A stretch of DNA of 64,000 nucleotides. It comes from an uncultured Actinomycetes bacterium (GTDB taxonomy: Bacteria > Actinomycetota > Thermoleophilia > RBG-16-64-13). Location: positions 32,001 to 96,000 of the forward strand of contig CAVPLM010000005.1 in the NCBI GenBank assembly GCA_963706025.1. The letters run 5' to 3'. The notes under the pieces are model-generated. The model had not been told where the DNA came from, made no database searches, and saw only the letters and a list, made by a program, of their open reading frames with translations. This document shows positions 51,501-60,595 of the stretch, in pieces (positions within the stretch are counted from its first letter, which is position 1; each line of letters starts with the position of its first letter). Both the position numbers and the translations under genes were made by a program.

Positions 51501-52170
51501 GATCGACGAAGGGGAGACCCAGTCCGGTCGCACCGTCGGCCTCATCGTCCACGCGTTACTCGAACGACATGCGCTCGACGAGGAGTGCCCGGCCCCCGAT
51601 CTCCTTCGCCTGGAGGCGGCCGACTCGGCTCAGCAGGTGGCCGCCGATGTCTGCCTCTCGGAGGCCGACCAGGAGCGCGCCCTCTCCCTGACCCAGGCTT
51701 TCTGGCGTTCGCCCTTCCCGAGAGATCAAGCCCTTGCCCGTGCTACCCGGGAGACGTCGTTCGTGTTCACCCTGGACGACACCATCGTGTCCGGGGTGAT
51801 GGACCTGATGTGGCTGGACGAGGGCGTCTGCCACATCGTGGACTACAAGACCAACGCCCTCGATGGGCGCGCGCTCGCCGAGGTGGCCGCCGGCTATGAG
51901 CTACAGGGAGCCGTCTATGCTCTGGCCGCGCTCCGAGCGGGTGCCGAGGCCGTGCTGATGCACTTCTTGTTCCTGGAACGGCCGGAGGCCCCCGTAAGCC
52001 GATCGTTCGATCGGGGCGATGAGCCACGCCTGGAGTCCATGCTCGAACAAGTGCTTGGCCGGATGAGGCAGGGTGACTTCGCCGCGCAGCCTGGAGGAGA
52101 TTGCCCTCGCTGCTCGGTCGGGACGCTCTGTGCAGGAATGGCCGGCTCCATCGGTCATGGTATACAATAG
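48556..52170 (+). CDS. AddA/AdnB-like UvrD helicase-nuclease subunit
   Basis: AGAGSGKT, TFTRKAA, IDEFQD, VGDERQSIYRFRGA, NYRS, TVHQAKGLEF, LYVAMTRA, DYKT. Confidence 0.9.
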   Translation: MRTTADMALSDVQEAAAFDTNERVLVAAGAGSGKTRLLVACFVRALVDEGLPPERLVAVTFTRKAAAELMTRIRGRLQDLGHPGLALALDAATVGTIHSLCAGLLRERPLEAGVDPAFSILEAEAAALVKREVRDKVWDQAVEGAEEAELDVLGSHSGLLREEVVSLYERLRGAGQERPRLMIPPGRPAEHARTALAEAVREALSAGSAVSRRSISLESDLAVLEKCLSWIDDPDPALDPEDQLRLSESFFPSRKTSSVEPYFEPVRAALTIYRCSLAEHQLRPVVAAVNDLLARFHRAYEAYKRERSLLDFTDLELRARALLREEGGSAAEADAPGPRVMIDEFQDTNELQCSILEGLGASRLLMVGDERQSIYRFRGADVEVFRRREAEFELQGGHNKGPSGSIHRLVVNYRSRAEILAFINRLFADERFFGSRFVALGYGRDDHGRDEHDCDGHGRDRPSVGGAADPGLGRPPVAVEVLAVERLEKPGPDARSRLMQEAEAQAVASCVRRLLDEERWEPREIVVLTPAQTHVDLYQQALLDRGVEVYVVGGKGYYGRDEIADLTALLRLLVNPHDDLGLVTVLRSPIVGLSDDGLYLLGSEARARRARSLWEVVREGAIPGIGEADRELLFDFVARLMVLRRRVGRPGLARLIDDAVSDCGYDVCLLTSTEGRRRFANVRKLMRIADDYEALRGPDLAGFVSAIESMGDLSDKEGSAPTLAEGENVVRVMTVHQAKGLEFPVVVLAGLGSDVPRGSRPRFALSGDGRMGVFLKGSGHKTYESGDLSWGPAAEIVAEETAKEREEDVRLLYVAMTRAEERLVLVGAKPVGKGLDGCRIGRIAMALGFDTLPGVDTTVPVEGLDAIVVGATASAAETEGRHGAGAEREQALSAGPGRQEAQEPPGPCPSFVECASRGASPRQVSFSALALYLRCPRRFYLERLLGLQLDPVGTPVSSGTRSSRYGEEPDSGPETPSAEEELIDEGETQSGRTVGLIVHALLERHALDEECPAPDLLRLEAADSAQQVAADVCLSEADQERALSLTQAFWRSPFPRDQALARATRETSFVFTLDDTIVSGVMDLMWLDEGVCHIVDYKTNALDGRALAEVAAGYELQGAVYALAALRAGAEAVLMHFLFLERPEAPVSRSFDRGDEPRLESMLEQVLGRMRQGDFAAQPGGDCPRCSVGTLCAGMAGSIGHGIQ

Positions 52171-52201
52171 GCGACCGCGCCAGGGCGGGAACGCATGAGG
52201 G

Positions 52202-52278
52202 CGGGGTGTAGCGCAGCCTGGTAGCGCGCATCGTTCGGGACGATGAGGTCCCGGGTTCAAATCCCGGCACCCCGACCA
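52202..52278 (+). tRNA. tRNA-Pro(CGG)
   Basis: Cloverleaf, anticodon loop TT CGG GA, encoded CCA. Confidence 0.96.
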
Positions 52279-52380
52279 TGGACAGCAATGAGCCGCGATC
52301 GCGGCTCTCTGTCTTTCTGGTGGCTCCCGCCGGAGGCTCGCCGTCGCGTAGGCGGCCCGTCCTCGCGCAGAGAGCCCGCG

Positions 52381-53598
52381 CTAGGGATTCTGCACGTAGA
52401 TGACCACGAGGACGTGTCCTCCGGCCTCGTCCGGCGGTACCCACTCGACGCCATCTTCCTGGTCCCCAGAGGGAAGCAAGGTGGAGGTCGTGAAGTTCCA
52501 GTTCATGACGGCGGGTTGAGGGGCCCTGTCGGCGGCAAGCACACAAAGGTCTCTCTTGTTTTCGAGCAGGCGGGCATTGGCCTCGGCAGCTCCTGCCGGC
52601 GGCGCCACGATCAGGCCGACTACGAGCCCTACGGAGGTTGCTATGGAGCGCACCAGGTCGACCAACTCCTCTGCGTCTTCCCGGGGAAGGTAAGCCGCGA
52701 ACGTCGGGCCTCCCAGCCAGAGGCTTGCATCCAATGGCGTCAGCCCTGTGAAAGTGGTGATCTGAGAAGCGACGTCCTCCACTTGCTTGGCGGAGACCAC
52801 TCCAGTCTCGTCACCGGCCGAGGTCTCGCTGGTGGACTCGGTAGCGGTCGAGCTGACCTCAGTGGATCCAGAGTCGTCAGACTGCTCCGGGGCGGCAGCC
52901 ATGAAGGCAAGGTACGCGGGAGCCTCGGCGTCGCCAAGCTCGGCGACCATGGCCTTCTTGTCCACCGTGAACACGGGCTCGGCGAGTCCTGACGCCGCCA
53001 TGGGGACAGTAGACTCCGTGCCACCCGCGGCAACGTCCGTCGCCGTCGTGGTCGCCGCGGCCGCCGTGGTGCTGGTGGCGCTGAGCGTCGCCTCCCGGGT
53101 AGTGTTGTCGGACGCCTGTTCCGCGGCCGCGACGGGCTGGGAGGTATCCCCACCCTCTGTGGAGAGGTCGTTGCCCGACCGGACCACTCCGTACCCTATT
53201 ACTGCCGCCAAGAGCGCGACCACCGCGATGGTGGCGGGAATCCAGGGTCTGATCCTTTTGTTCCACGTGGCCGACCAGCCTTTCGGCTCTTCCTTTCGCG
53301 GCGCAGCTACCGGCTGAGAGGGGAACAAGACCTCGCCGAGTACTCGATCCTCGAGATCGATCGGGGGGTCGTCGAGATAGGTCTCTTGCAGGAAGGTGAC
53401 CACGCTCTGCTGGGTGCGCAGGCGGGCGGCGCATTCGGGGCATTCTCGGAGGTGGCTCTGGATCGCGGCCTTGGCTTCGGGAGCCGCTCGCCCGTCCAGA
53501 TAGTCGACGGCCAGTTCGGCCCACTCATCCAGGTGGCCGGAAGGCACGGGCATAGACGCCCGTCCGTGACCGTCTTTTTCGTTGCCCCTTGACATCAT
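52381..53598 (-). CDS. Membrane-anchored zinc-finger anti-sigma factor (zf-HC2)
   Basis: YLDG...HLRECPEC, single TM, extracytoplasmic domain; overlaps the sigma gene. Confidence 0.85.
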   Translation of the reverse strand: MMSRGNEKDGHGRASMPVPSGHLDEWAELAVDYLDGRAAPEAKAAIQSHLRECPECAARLRTQQSVVTFLQETYLDDPPIDLEDRVLGEVLFPSQPVAAPRKEEPKGWSATWNKRIRPWIPATIAVVALLAAVIGYGVVRSGNDLSTEGGDTSQPVAAAEQASDNTTREATLSATSTTAAAATTTATDVAAGGTESTVPMAASGLAEPVFTVDKKAMVAELGDAEAPAYLAFMAAAPEQSDDSGSTEVSSTATESTSETSAGDETGVVSAKQVEDVASQITTFTGLTPLDASLWLGGPTFAAYLPREDAEELVDLVRSIATSVGLVVGLIVAPPAGAAEANARLLENKRDLCVLAADRAPQPAVMNWNFTTSTLLPSGDQEDGVEWVPPDEAGGHVLVVIYVQNP

Positions 53599-54299
53599 CC
53601 ATCTTCCCCTATTGTGCCCTGTCGTGTGACGCCGTCCCCATGCCCGGGGTTCCGTGCGCCCGGCAAGTCATAACCGGCCTCGATCAAGGCGGCAGCAAGC
53701 GCCTCGCGAGCTCGAAAGATGCGGGACTTGATGGTCCCTTCTTGCACACCCAGGATCTCGGCGGCCTCGTTGTAAGGGAAGCCCAGTAGGTCACAGAGCA
53801 CCACGGCGAAACGGAAGCCTTCGTTCAGACTCATTAATGCTTGACGGAGGGGATCGGATAGGCCGTCGAGTGCCGGATCGGTGCCTTGCCGGCCCGATCC
53901 CACGACAGCCCCGGATCCGGATGGGCTGGAGAGATCAGCGATGATCTCGGCGTCCATCGGCTCCGGTCTCTGGCGACGAAGGTGATCGTAAGCCGCGTTC
54001 ACCACGATGCGATGCAACCAGGTGGTGAAACGCGCTTCTCCCTTGAAGGAATCCAGGCTCCGAAAGGCCTTGATGAAGGCTTCCTGAGAAACGTCGGCCG
54101 CATCCCAGGGATTTCCCAGCGTGCGCAAAGCCAGGTTGTATACGCGGCGCTCATGGCGCCGGTAGAGCTCGGTCACGGCGTCGCTATCGCCTTCACGGGC
54201 GCGTTGGACAAGATGGGCGTCCGCATCCCGCACTTGTTCGATCGCACTCAAGCTGACTCTGGACTCCTCTGGCTCGAATCGGCCTGTATGACCTCTCAT
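53595..54299 (-). CDS. ECF RNA polymerase sigma factor
   Basis: DAADVSQEAF, FTTWLHRIVVN, Y.E.AEILG...GTIKSRIFRAR. Confidence 0.92.
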   Translation of the reverse strand: MRGHTGRFEPEESRVSLSAIEQVRDADAHLVQRAREGDSDAVTELYRRHERRVYNLALRTLGNPWDAADVSQEAFIKAFRSLDSFKGEARFTTWLHRIVVNAAYDHLRRQRPEPMDAEIIADLSSPSGSGAVVGSGRQGTDPALDGLSDPLRQALMSLNEGFRFAVVLCDLLGFPYNEAAEILGVQEGTIKSRIFRAREALAAALIEAGYDLPGARNPGHGDGVTRQGTIGEDG

Positions 54300-54477
54300 T
54301 CTAACAGCGCCGTCGCCGCAAAGGCCCCGGTGCTCGAGTGCCTTAAGCGCCCCTGCGTCCTCGGCGCCGGCGGACTCCCTGCCCTACGGGACTCGCGCAG
54401 CCTTCGCGCCAGAGAGCCCTCGTCGCTATGGTAACGTCGATCGGGAACGATATCGGTGCAAGGAGGTGACGGTACCC

Positions 54478-54867
54478 ATGGCAGAGGAAGAGGAAAGCGG
54501 ACCGGATGTTGATGAAGCGGAGATGATGCAACAGCTGCGCCAGGAACTGCAGAACCTGACGGTGAGCGACCACCTGCTCTTCATGATGCACTCCTTGTCG
54601 GCGCTGGCGGTCGATCGCCTGGGTCTGACGGGGGAGGCGGGCGCCCGCCGGGACCTGGACGAGGCGCGGCTCGCCATCGACGCCTTCAAAGCTCTGGTCG
54701 AGTTGGTGGGAAGAGTGCGGCCGCCGGAGGAGATGGCCGTTCACCGAGACGTGCTTTCGCAACTGCAGATGAACTACGTCGGCGTCCTTGGCGGCGGCGG
54801 GTCCGAAGACGCGCCGGCCGACACGCCGGCCGACGCGCCGGCGGACACGCCGGGGAGCGAAGACTGA
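54478..54867 (+). CDS. Small conserved protein (DUF1844-like)
   Basis: LGL....[20 protein letters not shown]; 12-bp repeat tail. Confidence 0.6.
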   Translation: MAEEEESGPDVDEAEMMQQLRQELQNLTVSDHLLFMMHSLSALAVDRLGLTGEAGARRDLDEARLAIDAFKALVELVGRVRPPEEMAVHRDVLSQLQMNYVGVLGGGGSEDAPADTPADAPADTPGSED

Positions 54868-54974
54868 CGGCTCCCGCGTGGTAGGCTGTTTCGGAAGCGG
54901 GGCCCGAGGTGGGTTGCCGTCGGATCGAGGCCATCGCGAGGAGCTGCGCGGCCGCACGTCCCTGAAGGAGGAGC

Positions 54975-55835
54975 ATGTCGGTCCAGATTGGCATCATCGG
55001 TGGGAGCGGGCTCTACGACATGGAGGAACTGACGGACCGCAGGAGGTCCGGCTGTCGACGCCGTTCGGCGACCCGAGCGGGCCCTATGTGACCGCGACGC
55101 TGCGCGGGCGTCGCGTAGCGTTCCTGGCCCGGCACGGGGCCGGCCACCGGATCCTGCCGTCGGAGCTGAACTTCCGCGCCAACATCTACGGATTCAAGCT
55201 TCTCGGCGTCGAGCGGATCTTCTCGGCGAGCGCGGTCGGCAGCCTCAAAGAAGAGTACCCACCGCTCGACGTGGTCGTGCCGGACCAGTTCTTCGACAGG
55301 ACCCGCGGGCGGATCAGCACCTTCTTCGGCGGCGGCATCGCAGGGCACGTGTCGTTCGCGCACCCGGTCTGCCCCGATCTGAGCCGGATAGCGTTCGAGT
55401 CGGCGCAGGCGGCGGGCGCGCACGCCCACAGGGGCGGCACCTACGTGTGCATAGAGGGGCCCCAGTTCTCGACGCTGGCCGAGTCGCAGCTCTACCGGAG
55501 CTGGGGAATGGACGTCATCGGGATGACGAACCTTCAGGAAGCGAAGCTGGCCCGCGAAGCCGAGATCTGCTACACGACCATCGCGCTCGTCACCGATTAC
55601 GACTGCTGGCATCCCGAGCACGATCACGTGACCGTGGACATGATCGTCGCGAACCTGCATCCGGAACGCCGAGATGGCGCAGAAGCTGATCGCGGAGGCT
55701 GTCGGGCGCGTGCCGGACGAGCGCGGCTGCGCGTGCGCCAGCGCGCTGGCGGCGGCGATCATCACGAGCCCCGACGCGATTCCCGCGGACACGAAGCGGG
55801 ATCTCGCCCCGATCATCGGCAAGTACGTCAGGTGA
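54975..55835 (+). CDS. mtnP: S-methyl-5'-thioadenosine phosphorylase (apparent frameshifts near 55035 and 55660)
   Basis: [58 protein letters not shown]. Confidence 0.88.
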
Positions 55836-55842
55836 GGTGCGC

Positions 55843-56760
55843 ATGAACCCGATTCTGGCCGTCGGTTCGGTGGCGTTCGATACCATCAAGAACCCGTTCG
55901 GTGAGGCGTCGCGCGTTGTCGGGGGCTCGGCCACGTACTTCTCCGTGGCGGCGTCGTTCTTCACCGAGGTGAGACTCGTGGCCGTGGTTGGCGAGGACTT
56001 CGCGGGCCGGGGTGCGTCCGTGTTCGAGGGGCGTCCGATCGATCTTGCCGGTCTGCAGACCGTGCCCGGCGAGACCTTCCGCTGGAAGGGAGAGTACGGG
56101 TTCGACCTGAACACGCGGGAGACGATCTATACGAAACTGAACGTCTTCGAGCAGTTTGAGCCCGTCATACCCCAGGCCTACCGCTCGTCCCCGTTCGTGT
56201 TCCTGGGCAACATCCATCCCCGGCTCCAGCTCGACGTCCTGGACCAGGTGAAGGCGCCTCGTCTGGTGGCTGCCGATACGATGAACTACTGGATCGAGCG
56301 CACGCCGGATGACCTGCGCGAGGTGCTGAAGCGCGTCGACGTGCTGATCATCAACGATTCCGAGGCGAGGGAACTGTCGCATGAGGCCAACCTCGTCAAG
56401 GCCGCGCGCGCCATCCGGTCGATGGGGCCTTGCACGGTCGTCATCAAGCGCGGCGAGCACGGCGTACTGATGACGTGTCCGGGTGAAGGAGAGTTCTTCG
56501 CGGCGCCCGCCATGCCGCTCGAGGAGGTCTTCGATCCGACGGGGGCCGGCGACACGTTTGCCGGCGGCTTCATCGGCTCACTCGCAGCGTGCGGCGAGAA
56601 CACCGACGCCGCGATGGCGCGCGCCATCATCTACGGCAGCACGCTCGCGTCGTTCGCGGTCGAAGACTTCAGCCTGGATCGTCTCCTGCGCCTGACGCAG
56701 GACGAGATCAGGGACCGCTTCCGCCAATTCAAGCGCCTGACCTATTTCGACGAGGGCTAG
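55843..56760 (+). CDS. PfkB-family sugar/nucleoside kinase
   Basis: [31 protein letters not shown]. Confidence 0.92.
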   Translation: MNPILAVGSVAFDTIKNPFGEASRVVGGSATYFSVAASFFTEVRLVAVVGEDFAGRGASVFEGRPIDLAGLQTVPGETFRWKGEYGFDLNTRETIYTKLNVFEQFEPVIPQAYRSSPFVFLGNIHPRLQLDVLDQVKAPRLVAADTMNYWIERTPDDLREVLKRVDVLIINDSEARELSHEANLVKAARAIRSMGPCTVVIKRGEHGVLMTCPGEGEFFAAPAMPLEEVFDPTGAGDTFAGGFIGSLAACGENTDAAMARAIIYGSTLASFAVEDFSLDRLLRLTQDEIRDRFRQFKRLTYFDEG

Positions 56761-56928
56761 CCGACCCTCTAGTCTCTCCGTCCGGCTGCGGCGCGTGCCT
56801 GCGTGAACTGCGAGTGCGGCTGGGTCTTGGCGGGGGCCCGGAGCCGGCGGCCGGACGCGCGCCGTTACGGAAGCCTCCCGGCCGCCCGACGATGAGGCCG
56901 CCGGCGTGTCCCGGCGCCGGCCCGAGGA

Positions 56929-57306
56929 TCACTCGCCGGAGGAGGCCTCCTCGGGCTTTCCTTCGGCCGGGTACTCCACCACAAGCCCGTCCCCTTCGCG
57001 ACGAACGACGGTGTTCTGAATATGCGCAAGCACTGAAGACTTGCGGGTGTCGTCGGACTCACCCGCGAGCTTGACATCCATCTCCAGCACGTTCCCGTAC
57101 AGTTGCTCGACGAGCCTAATGGACTCCTCCGGGGTCAACTGAAGCGGCTTGAGAAGCGAGGCGACCTTGGCCAGGATGCCCTTGAGTGCTGTGAGCGACT
57201 CACCCTCCTGCATGTCGGTATCGCCCGTCCGGCGTTGTTGCTCGTCCTCCGGTTGACCGTCACGCCGGTCATCCCGCCGGTCATCCCGTCGGTCCCTCCT
57301 GCTCAC
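56929..57306 (-). CDS. Hypothetical protein
   Basis: GTG overlaps the epimerase stop; N-terminal RRDD repeats followed by a helical domain. Confidence 0.55.
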   Translation of the reverse strand: MSRRDRRDDRRDDRRDGQPEDEQQRRTGDTDMQEGESLTALKGILAKVASLLKPLQLTPEESIRLVEQLYGNVLEMDVKLAGESDDTRKSSVLAHIQNTVVRREGDGLVVEYPAEGKPEEASSGE

Positions 57307-58238
57307 GGTAGTTTCCCCTTGGTCTGCCTGCGGTAGAAATCCACTGCCTCTGCCACCCCTTCGTTCAGACCCACCTTCCATATCCACCCCAACTCTCTCC
57401 CGGCCTTGGAGGCGTCCAAGGCGATATGCTCGACCTCTCCCGGCCGTACGGCGGCGAACACCGGCTCAGTATCCGAACCTACGGCCGCGCGTACGGTCTC
57501 GAATACCTCCAGGTCGCTCACCTCGATGCCTCGTCCAAGATTGTAGACGCCGCAGGCCGGGCTGTTAAGGGCGATGATGTTCGCTTCTACGATGTCGGCC
57601 ACGTAGCAGTAGTCGCGCGTCTTGGTGCCGTCACCGAATATCACCGGCTGCTGCCCGGTCAGCAACTGCAGAGAGAAGATGGCCACTACCCCCGCTTCCC
57701 CGTGAGGATCCTGCCTGGGACCATAGACGTTGGGATACCGGAGCACGATGTAATCGAGACCGTGATTGGCGTGATAAGCGAAAAGATAGTGCTCGACCGT
57801 ATGCTTGCTCACTCCGTACGGCGAGATGGGGTCGATAGGATGATCCTCGTCCACCGGCAGGTAGCTCGGCTCCCCGAAAAGGGCTCCTCCCGTCCCCGCG
57901 TACATGATCTTCCGTACGCGGTGTTCCCGGCAGCATTCGAGCAGGTTGAGCGAGCCCAGGATATTGATGGAGGCGTCGTAGGCGGGTTCTCGCACGGACC
58001 GGGTAACGTCGATGTGGGCCGCGTGGTGAATGACCAGCTCCGGTCGTTCGACGCGAAAGACACGATGAAGATCCTGGTCACAGATGTCGGTCTCGTAGAA
58101 GACCGCGCCCCCGGGTAGGTTCTCCCGCTTGCCGGTGACCAGGTTGTCCACGATGGCGACCTGATGGCCCAGGGCGAGCAGGCGATCGCTCAGGTGCGAG
58201 GCGATGAAGCCGGCTCCTCCGGTGACCAGTATCTTCAA
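57303..58238 (-). CDS. NAD-dependent epimerase/dehydratase (UDP-glucose 4-epimerase-like)
   Basis: VTGGAGFI, YGVSK, RYPNVYGPRQ, GDGTKTRDY. Confidence 0.93.
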   Translation of the reverse strand: MKILVTGGAGFIASHLSDRLLALGHQVAIVDNLVTGKRENLPGGAVFYETDICDQDLHRVFRVERPELVIHHAAHIDVTRSVREPAYDASINILGSLNLLECCREHRVRKIMYAGTGGALFGEPSYLPVDEDHPIDPISPYGVSKHTVEHYLFAYHANHGLDYIVLRYPNVYGPRQDPHGEAGVVAIFSLQLLTGQQPVIFGDGTKTRDYCYVADIVEANIIALNSPACGVYNLGRGIEVSDLEVFETVRAAVGSDTEPVFAAVRPGEVEHIALDASKAGRELGWIWKVGLNEGVAEAVDFYRRQTKGKLP

Positions 58239-58366
58239 ACCCGCTCCTCCCTGCCGTGCCGTGGTCGCCTTTCGACGGCTCCAGTGTAGTCCACAAACGC
58301 CCGCAAGGTCAGGCCGTGGGGCGATACGCTATACTCTCGCGGCCGAAGCCGGAGACGCACGGACGA

Positions 58367-58443
58367 CGGGACGTGGCGCAGCCTGGTAGCGCACCTGCTT
58401 TGGGAGCAGGGGGTCGGAGGTTCAAATCCTCTCGTCCCGACCA
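58367..58443 (+). tRNA. tRNA-Pro(TGG)
   Basis: Cloverleaf, TT TGG GA loop, CCA. Confidence 0.96.
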
Positions 58444-58474
58444 TGGTTCGGTTGGAGCAGCAGGACATGCGCAG

Positions 58475-58547
58475 GCGGGTGTAGCTCAGTTGGCAGAGCA
58501 TCGGCCTTCCAAGCCGTTTGTCGCGGGTTCGAATCCCGTCGCCCGCT
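58475..58547 (+). tRNA. tRNA-Gly(TCC)
   Basis: Cloverleaf, CT TCC AA loop. Confidence 0.95.
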
Positions 58548-58587
58548 CTTTCGCCGGTCGAAAGCCACAGCGGCCGCGACGGCATGT

Positions 58588-58661
<74 letters not shown>

Positions 58662-58880
58662 CCTTTGTTGTAGGTATTTTCTCTCGGAACGGGGTCCGTT
58701 CCTCTCTCCATCCGCGCCATATGCTAGGCGTTTACGATGGGCGACTTTGAGGCGTGGGCTCGAAAGGGAGACCCTCTCGTCTGAGTTTCGTTCACTCTCC
58801 CGGCCGGCCGTTTTTGACAAGCTCATCCATGACGCGTAGTTTTGGCGTGTCGAGGAGAGCAGATTTGTTGGAGGCCACCT

Positions 58881-60491
58881 ATGCGGTTACCTACGAGGGG
58901 CGGCTCTTGCGTCGCTTTCCTTTGTGTCCCAGTTCTGGTCCTTTTTCTGCTTTTCACTTCGTCCGCCTTGGCAGTTTCTTCCTTCTCGGATGTCCCCGAC
59001 ACCCATCCCTACGCGCCGGCCATCAACGACCTCAAGGGTCGAGGCATCATCAGCGGGTTCGCAGACGGGACCTTCCAGCCGAACAGTCAGATGACCCGGC
59101 AGCAGTTGGCGAAGGTGATCGTGAAGACCCTGGGGCTGACAGTTACCGGGGACGAGACCTGCCCGTTCAGCGACGTCGGTCAGGGGTTGAGTGCCGGCGA
59201 TCCCTTCTACCCGGACAAATACGTTGCCGTTTGTGCGGTGGCCGGCATCACGACGGGCAAGACAGCATCGGCCTTTGACCCTAATGGCGATGTGACGCGG
59301 GCCCAGCTCATCACCATGGTGGCCCGGGCCGCGGGGTTGGCGGACCCACCCGCATCCTACGTGCCTCCCTTCGGCGACTTCAGTGAGGCTCACTACCCGT
59401 GGGCGCGGAAAGCGGCCTACGCAGGACTGCTCGACGGCCTGCAGGGCATGGGACCGAGCTTCAATTTCTTCGCCTCCGCCACGAGGGGAGAGGTGGCGGA
59501 GGTGCTGACAGGTGACAGGCGCTACGGCGTGGACTACTCCATGACCAAAGTCGACTGGCCCACCTTCTTCCGCCGGCTCAAAGCCTCCGGCCGCGATTTC
59601 GTCGGGCGCTATCTACCGTGGAAGGGGGCCGCGTGGCGGCAGGTCAGCAAGGCCGAACTCCAGGCGGCGACCGCCGCCGGTGTCGACTTCTTCTTCTGGT
59701 TCGAGGACTCCGACAACCACTTCGCGGCCCGTAACGGCTTCGCGCAGGGAGCGGCGGATGCTCAGGAAGCTCTGCGCGCCCTCGAGAGGCTCGGTGTCCC
59801 GACCGACACCCCTGTCTACTACACGGTCGACTTCCCCGCCTCGGACGGTAGTGAGATCGACGCCTACTTCCGGGGCGTCGTCTCGGTGGTACCCGTCTCC
59901 CAAGTGGGCGTCTATGGCAACTACGTGACCATCGACTGGATCTACGAGCATGGCCTTGCGACCTACTTCTGCCAATCAAACGCTTGGCCTCAGCCGCAGG
60001 GCTGGCATCCCCAGGCCCAGATGCGTCAGGACGTGACCGGGCTCTGGATCGGCGGTGTCCATTGCGACAGGCTCACGGTGACGGCGGATGACTTCGGCCA
60101 GTGTCGCCGCCGGGAGCAGTCCGACCCGCGATTCCACTACACCGGCACCTGGTCCAGCATCGGCCAGACCCTCGCCTCCGGGGGCAGCTACAGAAGGTCG
60201 TCTACGCCTGGGGCCTCGGTCACCGTCTACTTCCATGGCACCCGCCTGGACTGGATGGCGGTGAAGGGCCTCACCCCCGGGGTGGCCGACGTCTACCTCG
60301 ACGGAGTGAAGAAGGCGACAATCGACCTGGCCGCCCCGGCATCCACCTACCAGGTGAACGCCTGGTCTACCGGCAGCCTCCCCGAGGGCGACCACATGGT
60401 GGAGATCGTCCGCAGCTCAAGCAGCACCACGGGCAAGTACCTCACCCTCGATGCCCTGGACGTCTGGGGGACGATGAGGACCGGGCCGTAG
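58881..60491 (+). CDS. SLH-domain protein with DUF1906 (GH25-like) hydrolase and C-terminal beta-sandwich domain
   Basis: FSDV..HPY, G.F.P....TRQQ, TRAQ, TRGE SLH motifs; FVGRY, G..DA, PVYYTVD, GVYG. Confidence 0.8.
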   Translation: MRLPTRGGSCVAFLCVPVLVLFLLFTSSALAVSSFSDVPDTHPYAPAINDLKGRGIISGFADGTFQPNSQMTRQQLAKVIVKTLGLTVTGDETCPFSDVGQGLSAGDPFYPDKYVAVCAVAGITTGKTASAFDPNGDVTRAQLITMVARAAGLADPPASYVPPFGDFSEAHYPWARKAAYAGLLDGLQGMGPSFNFFASATRGEVAEVLTGDRRYGVDYSMTKVDWPTFFRRLKASGRDFVGRYLPWKGAAWRQVSKAELQAATAAGVDFFFWFEDSDNHFAARNGFAQGAADAQEALRALERLGVPTDTPVYYTVDFPASDGSEIDAYFRGVVSVVPVSQVGVYGNYVTIDWIYEHGLATYFCQSNAWPQPQGWHPQAQMRQDVTGLWIGGVHCDRLTVTADDFGQCRRREQSDPRFHYTGTWSSIGQTLASGGSYRRSSTPGASVTVYFHGTRLDWMAVKGLTPGVADVYLDGVKKATIDLAAPASTYQVNAWSTGSLPEGDHMVEIVRSSSSTTGKYLTLDALDVWGTMRTGP

Positions 60492-60595
60492 ACGGGGCCG
60501 AACCAGAAGCCACGCTTGGCCGTTGGGGGCGTCTGCTTCTATCGCGCCCTCAAGAGCGGTACAGTGAAGAGAAGGACGATGCCAGGGGGAGGACC

